Positions 16,971 through 25,432 of a stretch of 42,077 bases of DNA are shown here, piece after piece (the stretch's first letter is position 1; each line of letters opens with the position of its first letter). Source of the DNA: a virus. Lineage: Duplodnaviria; Caudoviricetes. A model generated the notes under the pieces. The model worked only from the letters and a program-made list of their open reading frames with translations, was not told where the DNA came from and made no database searches. Made by a program: the position numbers and the translations under genes. Where the stretch lies: positions 1 to 42,077 of IMG/VR virus record IMGVR_UViG_3300020458_000009, one strand, 5' to 3'.

Positions 16971-18771
16971 ATTACCACATATCCCTAAGAGTATTACAGA
17001 CCTTTATTTAGACTTTGAAACAACTTCGGGTCAAGATGATATTAATTCTCTAAACCCTTGGAAGGACTGTCAAATACTAGGAGCAGCTTTTTCTTGGGAT
17101 GATCATAAAAATTCGTATTACATGCCTTTGCGTCAAAGAAATATGTTGGATGTCGAGTCTAACTTAGATATTCCAAAGTGTAATAAGTACCTTCAACGAC
17201 TTGTACAATGTTCTGAGAATTGGGTTAATTCTAATGTTAAATACGACGCCCATGTTGGAACTATCTCGGCAGGTGTTGATTGCTCTGGAATTAATTTAAT
17301 AGACTTGATAACTCTTGCTAAACTCATAGACTCCGATAGGTTTAGATACGCATTAAAGCATCTTGTACATGACTACTTATATAGAGACGTTGAGCACTAT
17401 GAACAAGCTTTTAGATCTTACTTATTTACTCCAGGTGGAAATAGAAAATGTCAAGACTATGGAGTAATCCCCTTATCTTTAATGGTTCCATACGCAGGAC
17501 AAGATGTTATAGATGCTAGAGAGCTATATCAAGTACTTAAAAGCCTTCTCCCAGAGGAAAGCTGTAGTGTCTGGGAAACCGAACAAAGAGTCACTTCTAT
17601 ACTTAAAATAACAGAAGATAGGGGATTACAGCTTGATATTCCTAAGTTAGCTGAAGACTATCTGAAATTTAGAGAAAGACTAAATAGTATTAAATGGGAG
17701 ATAAAGAATTTAACGGGTTTTCTTATTGAGCCGCATACTAATTCTGATTGTTACAATTTGCTATATAATCATTACGGTTTACCTGTTGTAGAAGAAACAG
17801 AGAAAGGTGAACCTTCTTACAACAAAGAAGCGTTAAAAGCATATATGGGTATTTCTAAGGCCCCACACGAGGTTATACAGCTAATTCAAGAGTTCAGAGA
17901 GACCTATAAACTATGGACGGGGTTTGTTGTTCCTTATATTATTAAATGCTCTAAAGACAACCCGGCGTACCTTAATTGTAGTTTTAATCAAGTTGTACGT
18001 ACAGGTAGAATGTCTTGCGCTTCTCCTAACATGCAACAATTACCCTCTATGGCCAAGTCTTATATTATTCCAGGTGAGGGTAAGACTTTTATTGACTTTG
18101 ACTTAAAGCAAATTGAATACAGGATCATTGCACACTATACAAAGAATCCTAGAATTTTAAAATCGTATCAAAATGATCCCACTACTGATTTTTATGTGAT
18201 GATGGGGAAAGAGTGTAATATACCAAGACAAGCAGCTAAAGGGATTAGCTTGGGTTCTGCCTATGGTATGGGAGAACCAAAAACCATAAAGATGTTAAAG
18301 TCTGCCTTTGATTTTAGTAAAGTACCAGAAGGACTTACTATAGATGAATACTGTGAGATAGAGGGCTCTAAAGCATACAAACGTTACCATAGCGAATTTC
18401 CTGAATTAAAACGTACTGCTTGGAGAGCATCAGATACTTTACGTAAGTTAAAATACGTCAAGAATCTTTTCGGAAGAATACGGTCCATGCCTTATAGGTT
18501 TCATTTCAAGGCATTTAATAACGTTATTCAATCAAGCGCCGCTGATCTCATGAAGAAAATGACTGTACGTCTACATGAGAGAACTAAAGACTCAGAGGCT
18601 CATCTTCTTTGTTTAGTTCATGATAGTTGGTTATTTTCTGTTCCAACAAAGGACGTTACTTTTTGGACTAAGGAGCTAACTAAAAACATTGAAGAAACTG
18701 AATCAGATTTAACTGTGCCTATTTATGCATCTCATAAAATTAGTAACAAAAATTGGCAAGAATGTAGTTAG
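16924..18771 (+). CDS. polA: Family A DNA polymerase with 3'-5' exonuclease
   Basis: Exo LDFET and YAGQD; TGRMSCASPNMQQLP; motif A DLKQIEYRIIAH; motif B RQAAKGISLGSAYG; motif C VHDS. Confidence 0.95.
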   Translation: MKRYDGNKILIQSLDELPHIPKSITDLYLDFETTSGQDDINSLNPWKDCQILGAAFSWDDHKNSYYMPLRQRNMLDVESNLDIPKCNKYLQRLVQCSENWVNSNVKYDAHVGTISAGVDCSGINLIDLITLAKLIDSDRFRYALKHLVHDYLYRDVEHYEQAFRSYLFTPGGNRKCQDYGVIPLSLMVPYAGQDVIDARELYQVLKSLLPEESCSVWETEQRVTSILKITEDRGLQLDIPKLAEDYLKFRERLNSIKWEIKNLTGFLIEPHTNSDCYNLLYNHYGLPVVEETEKGEPSYNKEALKAYMGISKAPHEVIQLIQEFRETYKLWTGFVVPYIIKCSKDNPAYLNCSFNQVVRTGRMSCASPNMQQLPSMAKSYIIPGEGKTFIDFDLKQIEYRIIAHYTKNPRILKSYQNDPTTDFYVMMGKECNIPRQAAKGISLGSAYGMGEPKTIKMLKSAFDFSKVPEGLTIDEYCEIEGSKAYKRYHSEFPELKRTAWRASDTLRKLKYVKNLFGRIRSMPYRFHFKAFNNVIQSSAADLMKKMTVRLHERTKDSEAHLLCLVHDSWLFSVPTKDVTFWTKELTKNIEETESDLTVPIYASHKISNKNWQECS

Positions 18772-18778
18772 GGGAACC

Positions 18779-19033
18779 ATGGAAGGATGGACGCTATGGA
18801 TTTGTAGCGGTGTAGCTCTGTTGCTCACCGTCGTGCTTTGTGAATTAAGATACAGGCGTGAGGAGAGACGACACATGATCGGACCAGTAAACAGCTATCA
18901 GGATATGTATACCACCGCTTGCGGGGAGCCGTTCCACAGCAGAGCCAGCGGATTACGACACGAAAAGACATGCCCGCAATGCCACGCGACGAACTCCAGC
19001 GGATCCGAGGGGAATGATGACAGCAGCATGTAA
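18779..19033 (+). CDS. Hypothetical protein with N-terminal TM segment and C-terminal Cys/His cluster
   Basis: MEGWTLWICSGVALLLTVVLC...; CGEPF...HEKTCPQCH. Confidence 0.55.
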   Translation: MEGWTLWICSGVALLLTVVLCELRYRREERRHMIGPVNSYQDMYTTACGEPFHSRASGLRHEKTCPQCHATNSSGSEGNDDSSM

Positions 19034-19208
19034 TAATCATCCTGAAGACTCTCACGGTCTTGAAGAGGATGACGAGCTTCTTGTTGATCTTAAAGCCTGG
19101 TTACTCTTTAGTTTTAAATTAGATGATGATTTAATAGCCCTAGTGAAGAAGGTAAAGGATAAGGAAAGTAAACACGAGGACGGAGACGGTACTCTTACTT
19201 TAAAATGA
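19014..19208 (+). CDS. Hypothetical acidic protein
   Basis: 64 aa, GAGGGG RBS. Confidence 0.6.
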   Translation: MMTAACNNHPEDSHGLEEDDELLVDLKAWLLFSFKLDDDLIALVKKVKDKESKHEDGDGTLTLK

Positions 19209-19221
19209 AAAGGAATTCATA

Positions 19222-19422
19222 ATGGCAGGAAGACAAATCTCATTTCTACCTACTGAGAGGGAAATACGGAAACAGACTGCTAAAATACGAAAAACATGGA
19301 GTGAGCTAGAATTTGCAAATAGAAGACGTAATTTTGAAAAACAGTATAGTCAGGTGTATACTCGGAACGTTAGAGTGCATCTAAGTGCTTCTGAGATAGA
19401 GAATTACATAAAGGAAGAATGA
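19222..19422 (+). CDS. Hypothetical protein
   Basis: 66 aa, AAAGGA RBS. Confidence 0.65.
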   Translation: MAGRQISFLPTEREIRKQTAKIRKTWSELEFANRRRNFEKQYSQVYTRNVRVHLSASEIENYIKEE

Positions 19423-19425
19423 TAA

Positions 19426-19638
19426 ATGTTTAAATATTGGAATGCCTTGATCAAATATCTTTCCTGCAAACACTGTTTGATCAAGACAAAGGGGGTATAT
19501 TGTCGCTGTGATACCTGTACTCATTTTGCAACCTATGAGGGCTGTCCTAATTGCATGTCACGAACTATTGCCTTATTAAGGAGTGAAAAGAGAACTGTAG
19601 TTACCCATATTGGACACTTTGAAGAAAGTAAAAACTGA
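19426..19638 (+). CDS. Small Cys-rich protein
   Basis: CKHC, CRCDTC, CPNC. Confidence 0.6.
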   Translation: MFKYWNALIKYLSCKHCLIKTKGVYCRCDTCTHFATYEGCPNCMSRTIALLRSEKRTVVTHIGHFEESKN

Positions 19639-19856
19639 TGTTAGAAAATGTTGAGCCCTTTACTGACAGTGATGAAATGTGGTTTGGTAAGCATAAAGGG
19701 AAGTCCCTAGCTGACGTTCCCGCTTCATACCTTGATTGGTGGCTAGGATCAGAAAACACTGAAAGTACTCTAAAGCTTGTAGCTTACATTATGGGGCATA
19801 GGGGCCAATTAAATTTAGAAATGGAAAGTGATGATGACTTGGAGACCCCATTCTAA
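19638..19856 (+). CDS. DUF3820 / QSregVF_b-like protein
   Basis: MWFGKHKGKSLADVPASYLDW signature. Confidence 0.85.
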   Translation: MLENVEPFTDSDEMWFGKHKGKSLADVPASYLDWWLGSENTESTLKLVAYIMGHRGQLNLEMESDDDLETPF

Positions 19857-19865
19857 AGGGTAACA

Positions 19866-20138
19866 ATGGAACCACTAATTGTAAGATACGGATTACGTCT
19901 TTTTCGATACGAAAGCTGGCAGGCAAATATTGATGGGACTGAGTCTTTTTTAAGGTGTACACTCAAACGAGATTTTGATACGTATAAAATGGGGGATAAA
20001 ATACAAATGATAACAATAGACTTTTTTATAGGCAAAATAACATTCTCTGAAGAACAAGATGGTTCTTCGATTTTACTGGATTCCTTTGATATTGAATACA
20101 CTTTTCACAAGGCAAGGCAACCTGATGCTACTTTATGA
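19866..20138 (+). CDS. Hypothetical protein
   Basis: 90 aa, AAAGGG RBS. Confidence 0.6.
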   Translation: MEPLIVRYGLRLFRYESWQANIDGTESFLRCTLKRDFDTYKMGDKIQMITIDFFIGKITFSEEQDGSSILLDSFDIEYTFHKARQPDATL

Positions 20139-20373
20139 TTTAGAAAACATTGTTAGAGTACCTAAGTTAATATGTGAAACGGGTGAAGTAAAAATATGGG
20201 GGAAAGATAGCAGTCCTAGCCATCCAGCTATGTTAAGTAATTGGGACTACTGTGTTGAGCCTTGGGATCCTACTGAAAAACAAACATTTGGTAGCTCATT
20301 CTATTTAAAAGAGGAAGAAATAATAGAACGGGTTATACAAGACAGTGAATTAGGGGACCCATACGCATGTTAA
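20125..20373 (+). CDS. Hypothetical protein
   Basis: ORF 20059-20373; the likely start is MLLYDL. Confidence 0.55.
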   Translation: MLLYDLENIVRVPKLICETGEVKIWGKDSSPSHPAMLSNWDYCVEPWDPTEKQTFGSSFYLKEEEIIERVIQDSELGDPYAC

Positions 20374-20374
20374 G

Positions 20375-20576
20375 CTGGGCAGTCTATAGAGACGGTAAGC
20401 TAGGTAAGCTGTAGGCTGCTCTGCTTGGACGGGTAAGGAAGGAAGGCAACCGCACCATACAAAAGTAGCCTAATGCCCTACCCGCGTTTAGAGGGGGAAT
20501 GTGGGGGTTTTACTGGGCACTAGGGTGGTAGTCGACATGGCTATCACCTCAGGCCCACCCCCCTAGCCCCCCCTCA
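20375..20576 (+). ncRNA. Candidate structured RNA
   Basis: Several G-U-containing stems in a GC-rich 250-nt intergenic region. Confidence 0.4.
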
Positions 20577-20627
20577 GACTGATTTGCCCAAGGAAGATAT
20601 TAGACTTTAGTATAAAGGGTTTTAAAG

Positions 20628-21071
20628 GTGCAAAGCTTAAATCTATTTCTTATTACGACAGTCCTAGCATTAGGTCCAGGAGAAGAGGAGGGGCTTAGAG
20701 AGTGGACGTTTAAGAAAACTCACAAGACTTTTTCAGGTGAGTTTATAGCGTTTGAAGATAACCATGTCTTCGTTAAAACGAAGATAGGTACTGTTTCTAT
20801 ACGACCAAGGGATTTAACAAGAAGAGACGTTAAATACTATAGAAACATCTTACAATCCGCAAGTAAAGAAAGAGCACGTATTTATGCTCTAAAGATAAGT
20901 CAAGCCAGGTTAGGGAATAAGAGATACGTAGCTATGAACCCCCGAAATAAGGCTTATTACTATGTGCTATCCGCTAACACTTTCCCCGTTGCTTATTTTC
21001 TTGGCAGCAACAGAAATAGACGAAAGAGTACAAACTATTTCCGAGCTATTAACTCAAGGTATTGCCATTAA
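20628..21071 (+). CDS. Exported SHD1-domain protein
   Basis: Hydrophobic N-terminus, then REWTFKKTHKTFSGEFIAFEDNHVFVKTKIGTVSIRPRDLTRRDVKY (SHD1 pattern). Confidence 0.8.
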   Translation: MQSLNLFLITTVLALGPGEEEGLREWTFKKTHKTFSGEFIAFEDNHVFVKTKIGTVSIRPRDLTRRDVKYYRNILQSASKERARIYALKISQARLGNKRYVAMNPRNKAYYYVLSANTFPVAYFLGSNRNRRKSTNYFRAINSRYCH

Positions 21072-21076
21072 GTTAA

Positions 21077-21256
21077 CTATATTCGTGGCCCCTTTGGTAT
21101 ATTTGGCAAGAGAAATACGAGAGCTGTTGTAATTAAACCAATCAAAGCTTCCGTAGCCCCTGGAATAGTTTCTGGTGCATCCCCTCGAACAATCGCTGTA
21201 ACAACAGTTATAACAGTAGCAATAGCGGTAACGATGGATTTTGTGTAAGCACGCAT
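21077..21256 (-). CDS. Putative holin (59 aa, two TM segments; not in ORF track)
   Basis: MRAYTKSIVTAIATVITVVTAIVRGDAPETIPGATEALIGLITTALVFLLPNIPKGPRI*; GAGGA RBS; last gene of the late strand. Confidence 0.75.
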   Translation of the reverse strand: MRAYTKSIVTAIATVITVVTAIVRGDAPETIPGATEALIGLITTALVFLLPNIPKGPRI

Positions 21257-21280
21257 TTTTTCCTCACTAGTAAAGGCACT

Positions 21281-22309
21281 TTAGAATTCGGGTCTAGGTA
21301 TGATAATATACCCAGCCTCTCTTAAAGCTTTTTGTACTTCTTTTGAAGTAACACTAACTGTAAATTTCTCAGGTAACTTATTTGTAGGATTCGTTGGAAT
21401 TGGAAAAGTAGGTGTGCCTTCTATAGGGTCTCCCCCGAAATAACGTCTTTTTGTTTTCTCATGTGGGTCACCTTTCCAAGATAAAGGATTGATGTTGCGA
21501 ATAGAGGGATTCATTATGCCCCCATTAGTATGCCGCAAACCATCCCCATGTCCTTTATACTCATGGATAAATAAGGTTGCTGTAATTAGGGCAGGTTGAT
21601 TCCAACTATTATCTAATCTTCCTTTAACTACTTGATTACAGGTTCCTGCTTGTGGAAAGTAATTAAACCCTATTACCCCACCTGCAATAAACTCAAAGCG
21701 TATATCGTGCTCAGCTTCTTGTGGATCACCATTAAGAATGTGACGAACACTTTGACCCATTTCAGCTTCACAAGCTTCAACTAGCTTTAAAACTTTATTT
21801 AGTATGTCTTTCTGATGTGTAGAGGCTTTAGTTGTATCTATATTAACACGTACTGAATGCTCATTGGCTCTATCTGGCCTTTGTACGTCACAGCCAGGAA
21901 CTGGCCAAGACCCTCTACCTGTTGCATTCTCACGCATCGACTCAACAACTGCCTCCATTTCGGTTTGAGTTTCAGGGTCTATACTAAACTCCGGCATTGT
22001 GACACCGTTTGGCGGGGACCAGTCAGGTATTGGGCACCTAGTTACTTGTGACATTCGTTCAGTCACTGGGCCTATATCTCCATCGGGAACAATTTCCCTG
22101 GCGTGTCCTCCCCTTTCTACAGGAAGCTGTGATATCTCATTAAAATTTGCATCCGCCAGTTGAAATGAAGTAGTGGCTTGCTGAATATGCGAACTATTTA
22201 AATCAAGGCTACTTACATTATCCTTAGTAACATTATGTAGATTTGGAAATCCGGGATGCCAGAAATGCCCAGTACGGTGTAGGAACTTTTTATATTCAGT
22301 AGGATCCAT
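21281..22309 (-). CDS. Matrixin/MMP-like (M10) zinc metalloprotease with pro-domain
   Basis: DGDIGPVT, cysteine switch RCPIPD, HEYKGHGDGLRH, Met-turn GGIMNP. Confidence 0.85.
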   Translation of the reverse strand: MDPTEYKKFLHRTGHFWHPGFPNLHNVTKDNVSSLDLNSSHIQQATTSFQLADANFNEISQLPVERGGHAREIVPDGDIGPVTERMSQVTRCPIPDWSPPNGVTMPEFSIDPETQTEMEAVVESMRENATGRGSWPVPGCDVQRPDRANEHSVRVNIDTTKASTHQKDILNKVLKLVEACEAEMGQSVRHILNGDPQEAEHDIRFEFIAGGVIGFNYFPQAGTCNQVVKGRLDNSWNQPALITATLFIHEYKGHGDGLRHTNGGIMNPSIRNINPLSWKGDPHEKTKRRYFGGDPIEGTPTFPIPTNPTNKLPEKFTVSVTSKEVQKALREAGYIIIPRPEF

Positions 22310-22339
22310 ATTTAGACTTTAATAGTTAGGGGGTTTAAA

Positions 22340-23005
22340 CTAAAGCGTCTTTATTAACTGCCGAAGAAGTTTAAACAGTTCTAGCATCTTAGCTAAGTTA
22401 AAAGCAGTACCTTCTCCTGCAGACGAGTTTAAACCCTTTTGAACCTGTTTAAAAAACTCTGACCACTCCTTATCCGTTTGTAGCTCTTGACTCTGTAGTC
22501 TTTTTGCAATCTCATTACTAAGAGTAGAACGAAAAGCCATCCAGTTATCTGTAATCTTTCTAGGCTTAAGAATCTCATCAGCGCCCAGTTTAGCCACTTT
22601 ACTGATATTATCTACGCCAGATAAGTTACCTGTTTCAATTTGTGTCGCTAGAAAGTTATACAAAGTAGCTAAAGAAGCTGCTGTGCCTGGACGGTCCTCA
22701 TCTCCCACTACTGCCCCCGCTGCATCAAAGACAACTTTAGCTAGCTCAGATAGGGGAATAGTAGGATCAGGGTCTGGGTTTGGAAAGTTAGTTAGGGGAA
22801 TTACTTGGTAGATATTTTGTGCTTGCTTAAACGTAGAGGTTCCATCTGCTTTAATTACTAATACAAAGTAGTAATGGCCCTGTGTTGCCTTAGAGGCGTC
22901 AATGATAACGACTTTGCCATTAAGTTGAATTGCTGCCGAAGATTGTGCCATAGCTATTGAAGCTACTAGCATAGTAAAAGTAGCTAGCGCTAACTGTTTA
23001 ATCAT
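22340..23005 (-). CDS. Secreted protein with a Pro-rich linker
   Basis: Signal peptide MIKQLALATFTMLVASIAMA; PNPDPDP linker; helical C-terminal domain. Confidence 0.8.
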   Translation of the reverse strand: MIKQLALATFTMLVASIAMAQSSAAIQLNGKVVIIDASKATQGHYYFVLVIKADGTSTFKQAQNIYQVIPLTNFPNPDPDPTIPLSELAKVVFDAAGAVVGDEDRPGTAASLATLYNFLATQIETGNLSGVDNISKVAKLGADEILKPRKITDNWMAFRSTLSNEIAKRLQSQELQTDKEWSEFFKQVQKGLNSSAGEGTAFNLAKMLELFKLLRQLIKTL

Positions 23006-23763
23006 GGACTTCTCCGATCATTAATTAAATGCTGAACCTCAGGTCTAACTTTTAAAGTACTTCCCCTGCCTTGTTTAGTATATGCTTCTTTCCAAGACCA
23101 AGGGTGCCATTGAATAGGGCCACCTACTTCTAGACCTCGTACCGTTGAATGCCATTCACGATTCACATCAAAAGTCTTAGCATGCTTACCAATATCTTCA
23201 TGACATTCAATACAGCTATCAACTGCTTTATACCCCACTGGTTTCTTACCAAATTCTAACTGATCAGTTTCCCACTTACTTCCTTTCTTTTGACGTACAC
23301 GAATTTCAAACAATCTAATTTTCTCATAAAGAAACTCAGCAGAAATGGTTCCTTCTGGATACGTTCCAGCAACACGTGAATAATCCAATCCAATACTTTC
23401 TACGCTCTTCCTTTCAATAAAGATATCAATCTTAGTTTCTGGAGGAATCCATAGCAGTCTTTTAAGTGTCACCTCGTCACCGCATTTATCTAATCCACCA
23501 GTATGTAGCCAAGGGTGTTCATTGTTTGGGCTTCCTGTTTTGTCCGCTTGGCCCACATTAAAGTCGTAACCAAGATAAAATAGGGTTCCTGAAGACTCTT
23601 GTACTTCTGGAAGTGTGAATCTGTTATACCAAAGAGTTCTAGGGTCAGCGACTGCGTTAGCTAAAGATTGACCATTAGCCTTGTCTACAGTGATATTGTC
23701 TATAAATACAACAGTAAAAATAAACACTACCAGCCATAGAGACTTTTTTCTAAAGAAGAGCAT
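23002..23763 (-). CDS. Exported protein with a CxxCH heme-c motif (cytochrome c-like)
   Basis: N-terminal signal/TM segment; YPEGT...FEIRVRQK...W; SCIECH. Confidence 0.7.
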   Translation of the reverse strand: MLFFRKKSLWLVVFIFTVVFIDNITVDKANGQSLANAVADPRTLWYNRFTLPEVQESSGTLFYLGYDFNVGQADKTGSPNNEHPWLHTGGLDKCGDEVTLKRLLWIPPETKIDIFIERKSVESIGLDYSRVAGTYPEGTISAEFLYEKIRLFEIRVRQKKGSKWETDQLEFGKKPVGYKAVDSCIECHEDIGKHAKTFDVNREWHSTVRGLEVGGPIQWHPWSWKEAYTKQGRGSTLKVRPEVQHLINDRRSP

Positions 23764-24191
23764 TACGGTCTTACTACTCCATGTAATAGTTTTTCAAATA
23801 CAAGAACACTAGTGTCTTCAGCATAGCCTATAATAGAAGAATAATTTCCTGTTGTCGCTTGACTGTAGGGCTGTATTCCTCCAGGGACAGCATTAGACAC
23901 AGCATACAGCTCTCCAGCAGAGAGCACACCTGTACCAAAAGCAACTTTAGTTCCTGATAAAGCAACACTAATTAGTTGCCCTGTACCTGCTGTTTGATTT
24001 AGAGAAATAGCTATCTCAGTCGATCCAGCCTCCAAGGCTGTGCCACTTGATGTAGCTAATTGCCATTTAGATGACGAATCTTCATAAAGAACCTGTCCAA
24101 TGGTAATAGCCACACCACTAAGTTTAGAGGTGTTAGCATTGCCAGTACTAAGTGAGACATCTGCTGCTGTTACTGAAATTTCGCCTGCCAT
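23763..24191 (-). CDS. Putative virion structural protein
   Basis: Gly/Ala/Ser-rich beta-type sequence within the late operon. Confidence 0.65.
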   Translation of the reverse strand: MAGEISVTAADVSLSTGNANTSKLSGVAITIGQVLYEDSSSKWQLATSSGTALEAGSTEIAISLNQTAGTGQLISVALSGTKVAFGTGVLSAGELYAVSNAVPGGIQPYSQATTGNYSSIIGYAEDTSVLVFEKLLHGVVRP

Positions 24192-24205
24192 AGAATATTC
24201 CTTTA

Positions 24206-24523
24206 CTAAGGGGCCATTGATTCGTTACATGCCCAGACAATTAAATGTTTAACCACTATTCTAGGAGGTACAATAAAGCGTAACCACCCACCTGTTGAGC
24301 CTTTTCTCCATTCTTTAGCCGAAAGAACCATATCATCAGTCCAGTTTTCTATGTTCTCAAGTACTTCTTCAGGCCCCCTGTTATCCATTTTTTCTGCCAA
24401 AGGGTAACAAGAACAGCCAGAAGTAGGCTTAATATTCCTGGCCCTGAAGTAGTGCATTAAAATAGTTCCTGGTTTGTTCTTATGGGTATTCACTTCGTTC
24501 GGACTTTCATGAGAAATGCTCAT
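24206..24523 (-). CDS. Hypothetical protein (PGT...GCSC...MD motif)
   Basis: 105 aa, in operon. Confidence 0.7.
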   Translation of the reverse strand: MSISHESPNEVNTHKNKPGTILMHYFRARNIKPTSGCSCYPLAEKMDNRGPEEVLENIENWTDDMVLSAKEWRKGSTGGWLRFIVPPRIVVKHLIVWACNESMAP

Positions 24524-24713
24524 CCAATTCCATCGGTGGAATTTTTAAACTTAAGGGCTCTTTAGGAAATATTCTTCTCCCCATCTGTGAACTTGGTAAT
24601 TGTGGAGCTGTACTAACTTTACCGCATTTACATTCTACGGCTATTTCAGGTAATACATACCCCTTATGGCCACAAGAAGGACATGTCCACGGCAGTCTAA
24701 ATAGATTACTCAT
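24507..24713 (-). CDS. Small Zn-ribbon protein
   Basis: CPSCG...CKCG. Confidence 0.6.
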   Translation of the reverse strand: MSNLFRLPWTCPSCGHKGYVLPEIAVECKCGKVSTAPQLPSSQMGRRIFPKEPLSLKIPPMELDEHFS

Positions 24714-24727
24714 TGCTAATAAGAGTA

Positions 24728-24952
24728 TTAACGGGGTGCTGCCTGAGTAATCTTGCCGTTAGATACCTTGATACCTGTAGTATCAATACCAATCTGTTCA
24801 AGAGCACTAAGGGTTCTTTCCTCTTGAAACAGATTAGTTAGTAAAGCTTTGTGCTCTATAACTCGTTTTGAAGCTAAGTCCTTATCTACTTTTAGGGCAT
24901 CTAATTCTGTTTGAAGTTTACTTATTTCAAGTTTTACTGTATCTGTGGTCAT
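24728..24952 (-). CDS. Small coiled-coil protein
   Basis: Heptad Leu pattern, GAGGA RBS. Confidence 0.65.
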   Translation of the reverse strand: MTTDTVKLEISKLQTELDALKVDKDLASKRVIEHKALLTNLFQEERTLSALEQIGIDTTGIKVSNGKITQAAPR

Positions 24953-24984
24953 TCTTTATTCCTCTATTACCTAAATTAAAAAAC

Positions 24985-25419
24985 TTACGGAGAAACTTCA
25001 GCAACAGTTATAGTATAAGAGTTGACCTTAACCGTCTGTCCAGAAGTAATTGACGTATTATCAATAATAAGATCAGCAGAAGAAGTTGCTACATTCCCAT
25101 CAATAACAGGAGTACCAGCCCTATTAAAGACCCTAAACCATGTTGCAGTATCTGTAGCGTTAGCTGAAGTATCATCAGAAATACTATTAGCTGTAGCTCG
25201 TGAGCTTCCTCCGATATCTACTGCCGCTCCAAATGCTGGATTAGCTAAATTATGCTCAGACAAAAGAGTTTGAGCAGCGACAGCAGTATCTACATCCAGC
25301 GCCCTTGTATCCCCATAAATTCTTAATACAGCAGTACCTCCACCTGTATCAATAGCATCAGCAATAGCGTCACACATTGCTGTAGCAAGAACAGTACCAA
25401 CTCCCATCGATTTAGCCAT
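24985..25419 (-). CDS. Tail-associated structural protein
   Basis: LRIYG...ATWFR...DGNV...ITSGQTV pattern typical of phage tail-region proteins. Confidence 0.75.
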   Translation of the reverse strand: MAKSMGVGTVLATAMCDAIADAIDTGGGTAVLRIYGDTRALDVDTAVAAQTLLSEHNLANPAFGAAVDIGGSSRATANSISDDTSANATDTATWFRVFNRAGTPVIDGNVATSSADLIIDNTSITSGQTVKVNSYTITVAEVSP

Positions 25420-25432
25420 GTTTTATCCTTTT

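Noticed and set aside
18970-18985. CPQCH as a second heme-c motif
   Set aside because: The context C-G-x-x-F...H-x3-C-x2-C looks like a zinc finger, and basic residues after the TM segment suggest a cytoplasmic location
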